NCBI RefSeq assembly: GCF_009834535.1
Contig: NC_045696.1
Location: 70,558,001-70,622,000 of the forward strand
Direction of reading: 5' to 3'
Length of the DNA: 64,000 bases
Origin: Camelus ferus
Taxonomy: Eukaryota
The translations under genes were made by a program, and so were the position numbers. The stretch's first letter is position 1. Each line of letters starts with the position of its first letter. Below the pieces are notes generated by a model. The model saw nothing but the letters and a program-made list of their open reading frames with translations. It was not told the DNA's origin and searched no databases. Positions 13,680-26,500 of the stretch are shown here, in pieces.

Positions 13680-15100
13680 ATTCCCTCAACAAATACTTAT
13701 AAAAATTAGGGCACTAAACCAGATGCTGGGAATACAGTGGTGAAAAAAATCAAACATGGTCTCTGAACTCATACAAGTCCCCAGACTTACAAAGTCTAGC
13801 TGGAGAAGACTGACACTGAATGAGTAATTTAAGTGCACAGGATTTTACCAAAAAATGGATCTGACTTAACCTGAAAGTCAGAGTAAGTAACATTTAAGCT
13901 GGCACCGGAAAATAAATAGGAGCTAAAAAAAAAAGGGGGGGGGGGAGAATTTTTCATGCAAAGAGAACACCATGGGCAAAAGTTCTGAGTCAAGAAAGAA
14001 TGGAGATATCAAGAAATTGAAAAGAACTCTATAGTATGGTAGGGATACAGAGAATTAGGGGGAGACAGGGAGGGGTATATCATGCAGAGCCTTAGAAACT
14101 GCTAGGGAATTTAGTCTTTACTTTAGGACAACTGGGAAGTTCTTAAAAGACTTAAACCAGGAGAATCTCATGTATAGATTTGATATATATTTGCTATGGA
14201 TACTGCGTGGAAAATGGAATGAAGTGTAATAATATGTACAGGAAGATCAATGAGGAAGCCACAGTAATACAGCAAGAGAAAATGATAGTGATGTAGACCA
14301 GAATAGTGGCAGAATAGATGGCATGATGCAGAGAGATTAGAGACACTGTCAAGAGGCAGAGTAGACAGGAACAAATGAAAAACAAGAATCACTCAACTTG
14401 CTTTAGGTGGATGATAGATCCATTCACTAAAATAGGGATCATCAGAAGGGGCTTTGTGAGGGAATATTCATGAGTGTGAGATACCTATAAAACATCCAAG
14501 TGAAGATGTAAAGGGGCAACTAAACTATATGGATCTTGGAACTCTAGGTTGGAGGCAGTGGTTAAGACAGTCATTTGTCTATGTCATCTAGGGAGAGAAG
14601 ATAAAGCAATGACTCTTAAACTTTAAGATGCTTAAGAATCAGCTCAGGGGCTTATTACAAATCCTAGTCACCAGTCCCAGAGAGCCTGATTCAGCAGTCC
14701 AGGGAAATAACTCAAGAAAAAGCATTTTTTAAACAAATACTCTCAAGTAACAGACAGCATCTTGAGAAACACTGATACAGAAATAAAAGGTAACAGTATT
14801 ATGAAGAATTCTAACATTTACTGGTTAAGTAAAAGAAGAGGAAGAAGAATAAACAAAGAAAGACATTAAGTAGCAAGAGAGTTAAGAAAAAACCTGGAAT
14901 GCATGATACCAGAGATGCCAGAGGGACAGACTATTTCAAGAAGTTGTTAACTATGTTGAATGCTATTGAGGACCAACAAGATGAGGAATAAAAGAGTCCA
15001 CAGAATTCACAGACATGAAATGAGAGGGAGGTAAGGAAATGGAGAGAACTCATATGATGTGTGGCTCTGCTAAGAATGTATGAACAAAAGGCATAAGGCT
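13680..15100 (-). mobile_element. L2 LINE fragment interrupted by a MER5-like element
   Basis: Begins with the reverse complement of the L2 3' end (TCAACAAATACTTAT...GATGCTGGGAATACAGTGGTGAA); purine-rich L2-like body. Confidence 0.75.
14607..14775. mobile_element. MER5-like hAT-Charlie MITE
   Basis: TIR-like ends CAATGACTCTTAAACTTT ... TTGAGAAACACTG; internal AGAATCA and CTGATTCAGCAG motifs. Confidence 0.65.
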
Positions 15101-17666
15101 ATGGGAGATGGTATGGGGCAAAGAAGAAATTTGTTTGCTGTCTGACTTTGTTGTGGGGAAAGGAAAGACTTGGCCAGAAGAAAAGATGTGGTTCAAGATG
15201 TATGAAACAGCGACCACTTTAATTCCTTTTAATCCAGTAGTTACACAAATAGATTATAATAGGTTCAAATCTTTTCTTATATAAACAAAAGCCACAGCCT
15301 ATCAAAAACATCACAATAGGCAAAAGTTATTTCCTATAGTTAAGATAGGGCAAAATATTGATTGATCTTTGGAGAAAAGCAGAAATACTGAATGGCATTA
15401 CATATTCTGAAAAGGTAAGGCTCCTCCTCAAAGGTAAAGATTGAAATTGAGGCAGCAGGCATGAGTGCCACCTGCTGGTAAAATATAAATGCTCAGTATT
15501 TTGACTGAGCTAGAAACCAGTCTTAATGGAATTTCAAATAATTGGATCAGAGATTTCCTGTTTCCAATGAAAGTTTCTTGATAATGAAACAGAATCTCAG
15601 ATGTTCCCATCCAGCAAAAGAAAGTCTTTTCAAAATACTCCTGGTTAGTTGGTCACCATCCCTTTACTTCAATATATTCAATAGTAGGAGGCACATAAGT
15701 CCAAGGTTTGTTACATAATCACTAGGTCATTTTAAATTGAAACAGATCTTCTCCTGATTTCTACCACTTATACTAGCCTTCCCTCTACTGCAATACAGTA
15801 AATCCCTACAGCACAGTCCTTCACCATCTGAAGACAGGCATCCATCTACTTACGTTCTTCTCAGACAAAAAGCCCTAGTTTTTTTTTTTTGTTTTTTTTT
15901 TTTAACTATTGTTTTTAAAACCTCCCACCATCCCAGTTGTGGGATACACGTCAGTCTGTCAACAGTCCATAAAGTATCTTCTTAGAGTTTTTATTTTCAA
16001 CTGGTAGCCCAGTGGTACTATCATTTTCCTTTTCTGGGTCTTAACACACTATTGGCCTCATACTAAGGTTAGGGTGAACTAAAATCCTGTCCACCTAGAT
16101 TTTCCCAGTCCAGTACTCATGTAACTTATAATTATTTGAATCTAGTGCAAGTCTTGATGTTTATCCTTGTTAAATTTCATCTTGTAACAATTTTGACTGC
16201 ACTTCATCAAGATCATTTTGGACCTTGATTCTTCGTGCCATCTAAATTCAACAAGCCACTCAATAAATCTTCATCCAAATGATAGAAATTTGGATGAAAC
16301 AGCCCTAAAAAGCAATTAATACTAAGCCACCAAAGAATACTTTTTGGGTAGGGATGTTCACCTAGCTGCATATCTATTTACTATTATTTACTAATCTATT
16401 TCAGCACTGAGGATAATGGAAAACAGACAAATGCTTTAATGAAATCAAGAGGTTATGAAATAAGCATTCCATGAACAGACTGTCCTCACATTCCTTTCAA
16501 AATAACAGTATGTGAGTTTAACAAGGTTTTTTTTAGGTGAACTCATGGAAAATGTTCACAAACCACACTGGGGTTATCAGTGGATAGTTTCCTAAGTCCA
16601 CTCTTCTTTTAAAAAATTACACTTAAGAGTTAACCTATTGAACTATTTTATGATTATTTTATAATGAAATATTTAAGATTAAACACTTAAAAGAGCAGAT
16701 TTGTGGCCACTTGGGCATGTATTTCACTCATCCTGATGAGCTAAAAGACCACCTTTTCTAAAAGAAAATAGTTCTCCTGAGTGAAGTAAATTGTCTCCTC
16801 TGCTCAGGCATCCATGCTTAATTGAGTGTGCCTTATTTGAAAATTGATCCGAAGTTACTTACAAGTTACTAATGATAGCTCAGAACATTCAGATGGTATT
16901 CTGGGTTATAATTCCACTGAGTCTTGAGATTTGAACAATCATAATGTAATGAAATAAAAGAAAGTTTTTAACTCAGTAACAACGTTTTTTGCGTGACTGA
17001 TTCTACAGTATGTCATCTCAGATCAAATCAGATCAAATTAAATCATATATTTGTATGAGAAATTCTCACAAAAGCACCCAACCTAAATCTTTTTTGAAAA
17101 GTTGGGTATTGCCTTTACTAACTTTTTAAAATAATTTGAATCTTCTATTTTCATTATAGAATAAAACCTCTTCTGAAAATTATAGGTATTTGTGTTGTAC
17201 TATGGAAATTTGAACTTTGTTTTTATGATCCTACAACTTAAAATACTTGATTATTCAAGAAGATCCAATGCTAACTATACAGACAGAAATTAAATTATTT
17301 ACCTTTAAGTATAAAGGCTGTTCAAGTAAATTATCCCTTACCTAATCAAATTAATTCTGACCTGGTGCTACTCCTGATTCTTTTGTCATTTTTGTCTTAA
17401 CCTTTCAGTAACAGAAATGCTTGACATTGGAGTGGGGACTTACAAAAGTAAGACTCATTTTATCAACTGACAAATCAAAAATCCATTCTTTAAAAAAAAA
17501 CCATTCTTTTCGCTTGAACTATACTTGTTACTGGTTGTTAATACAGAACATGAAATACATGCTGGACTTCAGCTTTTTTCTTTAATACATTTATCTGGAC
17601 TTTTCCATTTTAAAGACCATTCTGTGTGCTCATGAAAATGAAGGCAGAATAAGAAGCATGCTCTAT

Positions 17667-17905
17667 AACAGAGTGTGGCAGTCCAGATGTGCGCTCTGAA
17701 GCCCAATTGCCTGGATTCTAATCCAGCCACATTGTTCACTAGCTACATGAACTGCAACAGGCTGTTTAATCTCTCTGTGCCTCACTCTCATTTATAAATG
17801 TGAATAATGACAGTACCTATCTGAGAGTGTTATAAAAAGTAAATGAGTTAATACGTGTAAAGGGTTTGTAACAGCACCTGCCACATGGTAGGCATCAAAC
17901 AGTTC
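17667..17905 (+). mobile_element. MIR SINE
   Basis: TGCCTGGATTCTAATCC...TCTCTGTGCCTCA...AAATGAGTTAATACGTGTAAAG matches the MIR consensus. Confidence 0.85.
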
Positions 17906-17990
17906 AGAAGTTTGCTCTAATTATCGTTCTTGATCACCGATTATCATCACCCCTTCTCACTCATCATTTTCCTGCACTTGCTTTGAAAAT

Positions 17991-18245
17991 AATAGTATAG
18001 TGCAATGGTTAGTTAAGAGCTGGACTCTGAAGTCAGAAAAACGTGGATTGGAGTTCTGGCCCCACCTTTTATCAGCAGTATTACCGTGGAAAGTCACTTT
18101 AACTTCTCTCAGCCTAAATTTCCTCATCTAAAAAAATGGGGATAAAAACAGTATCTACCTCCTGGTGTTGCTCTGAGAGTTAAACAAAAATGAACATCAT
18201 ACCCTTTACACAGTACTTGGCATGTAGTATATATATCTAGTGAAT
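17991..18245 (+). mobile_element. MIR SINE
   Basis: GTTAAGAGCTGGACTCTGAAGTCAGA...TTCCTCATCTAAAAAAATGGGGATAA matches the MIR consensus. Confidence 0.85.
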
Positions 18246-19636
18246 CTTTGTCAAAATCCCTTTTTTGTACCCTTAGCATTTTGGGAAGCACATTCTGGAC
18301 CTAACTAGCCTCCTTTGTGATAGTCTTATAGATTCTTGATGGCTTTGGCAAATACCTTTGTTTATCTCTCTCTCCATCTTTGGTAGCTGTTCTGTGTTTT
18401 GTAGACAGATACTTCTCTCAATATTCTTCCCCATTTCCTGTCTCTTTGAATTGTTTTTGGTTATAACATCAAAATTAAAGAATTTCTTCTTTGTGAGCCC
18501 ATTAGTATTTTGGAGGCTATAACCATGAATGTTTGCCTATATTTTTTTCTGAAATATCTGCTTTCTAAAATACAGGATTCATACTGAGTGTATTTTTCAT
18601 TATTAGTCTTTAAAATAAAATAATTTTTCTATCAAGAGTCTATCCCTTCTACTTCCCTAATCACTGGTTACAAAGTAAATCCATAGTAACAGTTCCCACC
18701 ATTGTTTCCTTTACCTCCTATGAGATTAAATCATTAATAAATAAAAAGTTATTAGATACTCGTTCAGCAAAGTGAAACTTCCAACAAATATCTAGATGAT
18801 TAAGGAACACATTACTACAGTTTGTTTCTCAGTAAACTTTATGACATCTGCTTTCGAAGCCATCATCTACTCTGTCGTGCTGAAATTTTTTTCATATTTC
18901 TCCATCAGAATATCACTTTTGTTCCTTTCTTCTTTTATAGTTCTCTGTCCATGTTCTTTGCCAGCACAGTGGTTTCCATATCACGCGCCTGCACGCACAC
19001 ACGCCCCCTTAGCCCCTCCTAGCATTCCCTATTGGGTATTTTTTTTCTACAAAGTATACCTCCCAACACAAGAGTTTTTACACGAATACCATCCTACTGC
19101 TTGGCAATAGGTAGCCTCTTGTTAAAATACTAAATTTTCTTTTCTATATATACTGCATTGGTACACAAAATCATTTTTATACAAGGTACTGTTCCCACAC
19201 AGTTTTGTCTCCAAATGCTTTCTTTCTGCCATGTTTTCCTCCTAAGTTATCTATTTTTATAACTTTATATAGGTTCCTTCTTCTTTACTGAGAAATTTAA
19301 TGAGCTTCCAGCCAAAAGGCAATGAAAGTTAATCCTCCCAGAAGTCCACTACTGTGGCATTAAGGAGTGCAGTTCAAGAAACCAAATTCTGCTCTGAGAC
19401 TTTCCAATTGTTAATTGCCACATCTACCCTTGTCTTCCAAAGTTAAGAGCAACAAATGGAGATATAAAAAGATATGAGCTGTGCCTACTCCACAAAACTT
19501 CAAAACCCTTTATTTCTCCTCAATACTTCCATTAATATACACAAGAAAAGTTATTTTGGGTAGACTCTCAACTTTAAGATAGCAAGGACCACATACGTTT
19601 TACACACTATTGCCTAGTGCCTAGTACGTATCAGAC

Positions 19637-19850
19637 CAAGAGTTAGACACAATTTGGCCCAAGGGCCAAGTCCTGCCCACAGCCTGAATGGCTCACAACT
19701 AAGAATGGTTTTTACATTTTCAAAGGGTTGTTTAAAAACAAACAAATTTTTAAAAATCATAAAGAAGAATATGTGACAGAGACCAAATGTGCCCCACAAA
19801 GCCTGTATTTTACTATCTGGGTCTTTTTAGAAAATGTTTGCTGACCTCTG
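19637..19850. mobile_element. MER58-family hAT-Charlie MITE (MER58C-like)
   Basis: CTAAGAATGGTTTTTACATTTT...AAGAATATGTGACAGAGACC...GTTTGCTGACCTCTG; 8-bp TSD TATCAGAC/TATTAGAC. Confidence 0.85.
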
Positions 19851-20506
19851 TATTAGACCCTCAAATATCTGTTAAAAAGAGGAGGCAGGGGGTGGGGAAG
19901 AAGCTCTCTGAATGGGGAAGAAGAAACAGAAATCTGCAACAAATATATTTGGAGATCACTGCAAACAGTAAAACTCACATAATAAACACTGTGCAAGTCT
20001 TTAAAGCATTCCTGGTCTTCCATTTTCACTGAGTTTCAAGAGAAACTAAAGGTTTTTCATTAGTATATTCAAGAGATCATATTTATTTTTTGTAACTGAT
20101 CTATTCTTGAGTCACAGGTGCTCCTAGAACTAAATTTAAACGTTGGCAGTACACTTCTTTTCCAAATAGCCTAGTTAACATAAGTGTCAGTCATCAGCAA
20201 GGTGTCAGCCACTGTGAGGTGTCAATTCACAGGTAAGTACCCTTGTACAGACCCTCTCTCCTTCCATGAAGCACCAGGTACCTAAGCACTAACACTCCAC
20301 AACATTGTACTCATCTGCTCCCATGTGTCTGTACACCTGTTACTTCAAAATTTAATCATTCAGAATGCTCCACAAACTCTGTAATAAAGCTTTGAATACT
20401 GAAAAATGTTAAGTAAAACATGAAAGTCCCATTATCAAGTAATATCAAAGAGCAGTACGAGACCTATTCATGGCAACGTCTACTAGAAGCACTTGCAAAG
20501 ATGTAC

Positions 20507-20596
20507 CTGAAAATGCTGCTCCATCACTTGGATTTTCCCCTGGTCTGGGCACTTTTTCAGAGCTCGATCTGCATAATGGAATAGGATTTCTACCAT
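20507..20596 (-). CDS. VPS8: VPS8 coding exon 20 (90 nt; [30 protein letters not shown]); last exon found in the window
   Basis: CAG|ATG acceptor, CAG|GTACAT donor. I did not find the next expected exon (DMVPVIVDY...) in 1-20506. Confidence 0.95.
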
Positions 20597-23500
20597 CTGT
20601 AAGGAAAACAGCCTTGTGTAGAAATTAAAACATATCTCTAACGTTTTTCAATACTTAATATATTAGATTCTCTTAACTAATAATGCTTTGTTATTGTATT
20701 AAAAATATAATGAAAAAATTTGGTAGCTTTATGTCCCAATTTTTTTTAACCTAGTCTAATTTCTTTCAGCCTTAGGGCTGGTACCAATTTGCTAATCTTT
20801 CCTAATAAATACCCCCAGGTTCCAGACCTCATTAATACACATATTGCTCAGGAAAAAAAAAAGATGAGGTTTAGCTCTTTAGTGATCCTCTGCATAGGTC
20901 CTTCCCAGATAGCCAATTCTTTTTACCAGTTACTGAGAAAATCATTTATGAGTCTAAGGAATGACTGATTTCTGTGCATGTTTTCCAAATGTTTATACTA
21001 ATTTGGAATCTAATGTTCACCAATGCATTTGTACAATAAAAAGGAGAAGGAATGACTATAGTAAATGAATTCAACCAAATTTAGAGTAGGAAAACAAAGC
21101 TAATGTTAAATATTAACATTAACCATATTAATGCTAATTAATAATAATAATAAACATCAGCCCCCTCTGCTACCTCAGGCAACATGAATACTTGCACATA
21201 CAGTATTTCTCATAATTACTAATCGGTTCATAAAGACTAACAAATGTCAATTTTCAGTGAGCTATCACTAGGTTCAGAAATTATCCAGATCCCTGGATTT
21301 TCCCCCTCCTTCTGTCTTTTGGTTATTTTACTATTTACCTTCATAAGAGAGTGAGCAAGGGAAAAAAGAAAAGGTGATAAGAAGAAATTTTAAAAGCACT
21401 CAAGATAACAAGAGGGAATTATAATCTGATTTGCTTTTTTAGTCTCTCCTTGACTGCAGACATTTACCTAATCATACCCAAATATTATTAGCAAATACCC
21501 AAAGCAAATGTGTACTGTAGCCTAGTAAAGACCCTATTAAAATACTTACCCGATCTGCAACAACAGCCTTTCTCTTACCGGCATCCCCTGACAATCCTGC
21601 AGAGAAGCAAAATCCGGCATAAAACCAGTTAAACCACATCTTCAGGACTGAAATTGTTCTGGTCTTCTACTTATAACCTATGCTAACAATAGATACAATC
21701 CTAACAATCCTTAGGTATCAAAATGTTGGCTAATATGCCATAATAGACCTCCCATCTAGCAGACCAGACAGCATATCAGTATACTTCCCTTTTGTTCTAA
21801 TAGTAAATTTTACTTATGAATTGAATTTTTACAGTGTCCTTTAAAATTCTATATCCTGTACATGTCATTAATCTTTTTCACTAAAAGTCTGCAAGGTTTG
21901 ATAACATCTTAGTTACAAAACATTTATTAACACTTTGGTGAGTGAGTTCTGTAAGTGATTAGCATTATCCATTGTCTCTGCTCCAGAAAATAACATCTGC
22001 TACAGTGGTGTTCCATTAACTTACCCACTACTGCTTTTGCTTTTCCTTCATGAAAAGACCATGCGAGAGCCAAGGCTTCCGTGAGACAATCTTGTTTCAG
22101 GAGGTGATCCACTCTCTAAAATGAATGAATGAGAGAAGCCAGACTCCTTTGTCTGACCAACCACCGGTCAGAATTCCTATTCTACCTAATCTTTCCAGAA
22201 GTTGCTGCTTAGTAGCTAAAATTATTCCAAAACCATGTGAATATCTTATTCCCAAAAATAATTTCTTAAAGCACTGGACAGTACAGTGATTGTAAAGGCT
22301 AGTATAAGCAGTCACAAGACCTAAAAATGAAAAGAGGAAACAGCTGGAATGTCACTGTAGCAGAAATGGCTAGGTGTTTAATCATAACGTCTAGTTGCTC
22401 CTTCCTCCTTAGTAACAAATCTCAAGTTTACATGAGACAGCAATATACCAGTTAAAGGACATTTCTAAGACTCCCCTGCAGCCACTTTGGGCCATGTGAC
22501 TAAGTTCTGGCCAACAATAGGTAAGTGGAAGTGTTATTTGGTATTTCTGGGATGTCACCCTAAAAGGACAGGGCCAGTCCTTCTCTTTCCTCCTTCCTGG
22601 AATGTAAACTTAACAGCTGGAGCTCCAGCAGTCATGCTGGAACATAAAATGACCTTGAGACTAGAATCCACACATAAGGATGGTAGAAAAGTGTAGTATG
22701 CCAAAGACCACGGAGCTGCCACACTAGCCACAGACTGCCTACCTCCACACTGCTTTTACATAAGAGAGAAATCTTCTTCACACCACTGTTATTTTGAATT
22801 TTCTGATATACATAGCCAGGCCTAATGCTGACTTACAGTCAGTTCTATCAAATCAAGTACATAAGAGTTATAATGGTTTTGATGTACACTTTTGAAACTA
22901 AAAAGCACAAATCCAGGGGAGTGGGTATAGCTCAGTGGTAGAGCACATGCTTAGCATACACAAGGTCCTGGGTTCAATCCCCAGGACCTCCATTAAAAAA
23001 CAAATATAAATAAACAAATAAATTTAATTACCTACCTCCATCCAAAAAATTTTAAAAAGTAAAAAAATTAAAAATTAAAAAGCACAAATCCAAATAATCT
23101 TTTTCTGCAAAGTCAAAACAAAACTGTTAAGATGCTCTCAATTCGATAGTGCTAACATATAATAAAATTACTTTGAACTCACCTCTCTCCAGCTCCTCAG
23201 CATCATCACATAAACAGACTGGAAAATAAAGAGAAGGAAATTAAAATGATCATCTTTAACGAACTCATTTGAGAGACATGTATGTCTCAGTCCCACACCT
23301 ATTTTACATCTCTTTAAGTAAAAATATTTCATACTACAGTTAGAAGCATTTACTAAAGGGTCTTCAAGGGCCCACATTAAAGAGTAAATCAAACATGTAA
23401 AAAGTAAATTAAGTCTAAGAAGGAGTTAATTCCACAGAAAAGGAACAAGGAAAGTCCAATCTCCCAACATATTTCTCCATGTTAGGTTAAAAAAAAAACT

Positions 23501-26500
23501 CCCAAGAACAAATTGATAACACAAAAAGTTCCTATAAGAAGTCAAATGTCTCAATGCATTTTAGTATACTCTAAGCTGCTGTAAGCTAAAGGACATCTTA
23601 ATTACATGACAAATAAATATGATAAGGTATATTCTGGTCATGAAAACATAAATGTGAAAGAAGATTATTAAAGTATACCTCTGAATAAAGAAAATAAACA
23701 TCCCACAAACCAGAACCTAAACAAAAGTAAAAATACAATATGTCTAAAATGAGAGGAAATAAATTAGTTAAAAATCACGACCATATAAACCCTAAAAGTT
23801 TTAGATTACTGCTGATCAATATTCACTTTGTAATGCACCACCCTCTTTACCAGCAACCTCCTCCAGCCCCATCTATCCTGAAACAAACAAATGCCAAGTC
23901 AGAGTGGAAGAACTTACTTTTGTCCCCAAATAAAAGATCTGACCACCATAGCTACTGATGGATTGATAACAAGCCTTCTCTCCAACCAAAGCCTATAAAA
24001 AAATTAAAAAGGCAAAATCACATGCATTAGAAGTCTCAAGTTTTAAAGAATATGAATTACGAGGCAACATTTTACGTCAACACGGTTTCATCCCATAAGT
24101 GAGTCGGGGGGAAATGCCAATCAAATACCAGTCTGTCAGTGGAAGTAGAAGAAAAGAGAAAGTGCAAAAAGTAATTCTCTGCTTACACATGGTCTTTCTA
24201 TTTTTCAAAGTAATGGGGAAAGGGAGGAATGCGTCAAGTTCTAAATCTAAAGGACAGCTGTTGTAACCTGCCTACTATTATTGGATGACAAGTAGTCACT
24301 GCTTCTGGCAAAGAATAGGGTTAATTGAAAATGGTACCTCCAAGTTCTTTGAAATAAATATCAATGTAAAACACAAGAGAAAACAGGAAGACAAAGCAGC
24401 ATAGCATAGGAGGATCATCATAGCCCAGCAAATTAGAAATGAAACCTACTTTCTGGTCAATCTGGGTTGCAAATTTTGGCTGTCATCTACAAGGTATGAT
24501 TGTAAACAAGTTTCAAACTTCTGACATTAAGTTTTCCCATCTTTGAAAACCATGCAGTTTCTGGGGGGCTTAAATACGTTAAAATGTATAAATCCCCAAA
24601 ATATATGAGGCCAACAACTGATAACTAGTCATTTTTCTTAACTTTTCATTATAAAAATTTAAAATATATATACAAAGGTAGAGAGAATTAAAAAATGAAT
24701 CCAATGTAAAACTATCAAGTAATAGTTTTTTCTAATTTTTAAAAAAATTTTTGGTAGGGGAGGTAATTAGATTTATTTATTTTTTAAGTAGCGGTACTAG
24801 GGATTGAACCCAGGACCTCGTGCATGCTAAGCATGCTTCCTACCACTGAGCTGCACCCTCCCCCTGCCACATTGATACTTGAATGTTAAACCAGCCCTTG
24901 CATGACTTGGATAAACACCATCTGATCAAGATTACTCTTTTTACACACTGCGGGTTTCTATTTGCTAATATTTTACGGATTTTTGCTTCTATGCTTATGA
25001 GGACATTGGTCAGTAGTGTTCTTATTCTAATGTCTTTGGTTTTATTATCAAAGTTAAGCCAGTGTCATAAAAAGAGTTACATGCTCCCTTTTCCTCTATT
25101 TTCAAAAAGATTTTGATGTAAAATTGATTTTTTTTTCCCTCAAATATAACAGACTTCCCTAGTGAAGCTATCTGAGCCTGGCCTTTCTTTGTAGGAAATC
25201 AGTTAATTTCTTTAATTGATGTACAGCTACACAGATGTAGATTTTTCATTTCTTCTTGAGTCAGCTTTGATAATTTGTGCTTTCCAAAGAATTTTTCCAT
25301 TTCACCTAAAGTTATTTAATTTATTGGCAAGAACTTATTCAGATTATCTTTTTAATATCTATTAATATATCTTTTTAATACCTCTCATTCCTGATATTAG
25401 TAATTACATCTTCTCTTTCTTGATTAGTCTCAATAGAAGCTTATCAATTTTATCTTTTAAAGAACAAGCTTTGGTTTCTTTGATTTTCTCTATTGTTTGC
25501 CTATTTTCTACTTAATTGATTTGTGTTCATCTTTTTAATTATTTCTTCCTTTAATCTACTTTTAAGTTTATTGGCTTTTCTCTATTTCCTTAATTAAGAC
25601 AGAAACTTAGATCACTAACTTGATGTTCTTTACTAACATAAGTATCTAATGCTGTAAATTACTCTCAAAAAACTGATCTAATTGTAGACCATATATTTTT
25701 GATATGTTGTGTTTTCACTTTCACTTAGTTAAGAATATATTCTAATATCCTTTGAGATTCCTTCTTTCACTGACAGGTCATTTATAAAAGTGTTATTTAA
25801 CTTCCAAATATTTGGGTTTTCTCCAAATTTACCCTGATAATTCCTTCAACAATTTGCTGTAGTTTATTTTATGGTCTAGCATATAATTTATAGGACGCCC
25901 TATGTGCACTTGAAAAAGTGTGTAATTTGCTTTTGTTGGGTGAAATATTCTATAAATATCAGGTAAGTCAAGTTGGTCAATAATTTTTTTTAAATCTTGT
26001 ATGCCCTTGATGGCTTTCTGTCTATTAATTGTATTAATTACTGAGAAAGTAGTTTTGAAATTTCCAAACTATAATTTTGGATTTCTGTTTCTCTTTTTAG
26101 TTTTGCTAGTTTTTGTTCCATATATTTTGAAGGTCTGTTATTGGGTGCTCACACTTTTAAGATTATTATGTCTCCTTGATAAAGTAACCTGTTTTTATCA
26201 ATCTGAAATTTCTCTTTATTTCTTATCGATATTCCCTACTCTGAAATCTACTTAATCTGATATTAATATAGCCATTCTAAAGATCAGTGTTTGCATGATA
26301 TGTCTTTTTCCTTCCCCTTACTTTTAATTTGTCTATGTCTTTGTATCTAATGTTTTTTATAGATAGCACATAGTTGGTTCTTGCTTTTTTCTACAGTCTG
26401 GTATTCCCTGCCTTTTAATTGAAATGTTTAAACTACTTCTATTTCCTATAATTACTGGGAGAGTTGGGTTTAGATTTATTATCTTATTGTTTTCTACTTG

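Larger units (their letters stand above)
15610..19430 (-). mobile_element. Ancient CR1/L3 LINE fossil, fragmented by later insertions
   Basis: Minus-strand remnants resemble CR1 ORF2 motifs: TATTTTAGAAAGCAGAT (D/YFRKAD-like, about 18555-18575), GCTAAGGGTACAAAAAAGGGATTT (AKG.KKGF, about 18255-18280), and RT-region pieces at about 16170-16450. Confidence 0.65.

Noticed and set aside
1..20506. Possible loss of downstream VPS8 exons or pseudogenisation
   Set aside because: All exons found are intact and in frame. The stretch is repeat-filled intron, and the next exon most plausibly lies beyond the left edge of the window.
22916..22992. Apparent tRNA-Ala(AGC) genes here and at 24790-24864, 56351-56432 and 59166-59241
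   Set aside because: They have extra 5' bases, mismatched stems, A-rich tails and in two cases perfect TSDs, so they are SINE copies rather than tRNA genes.
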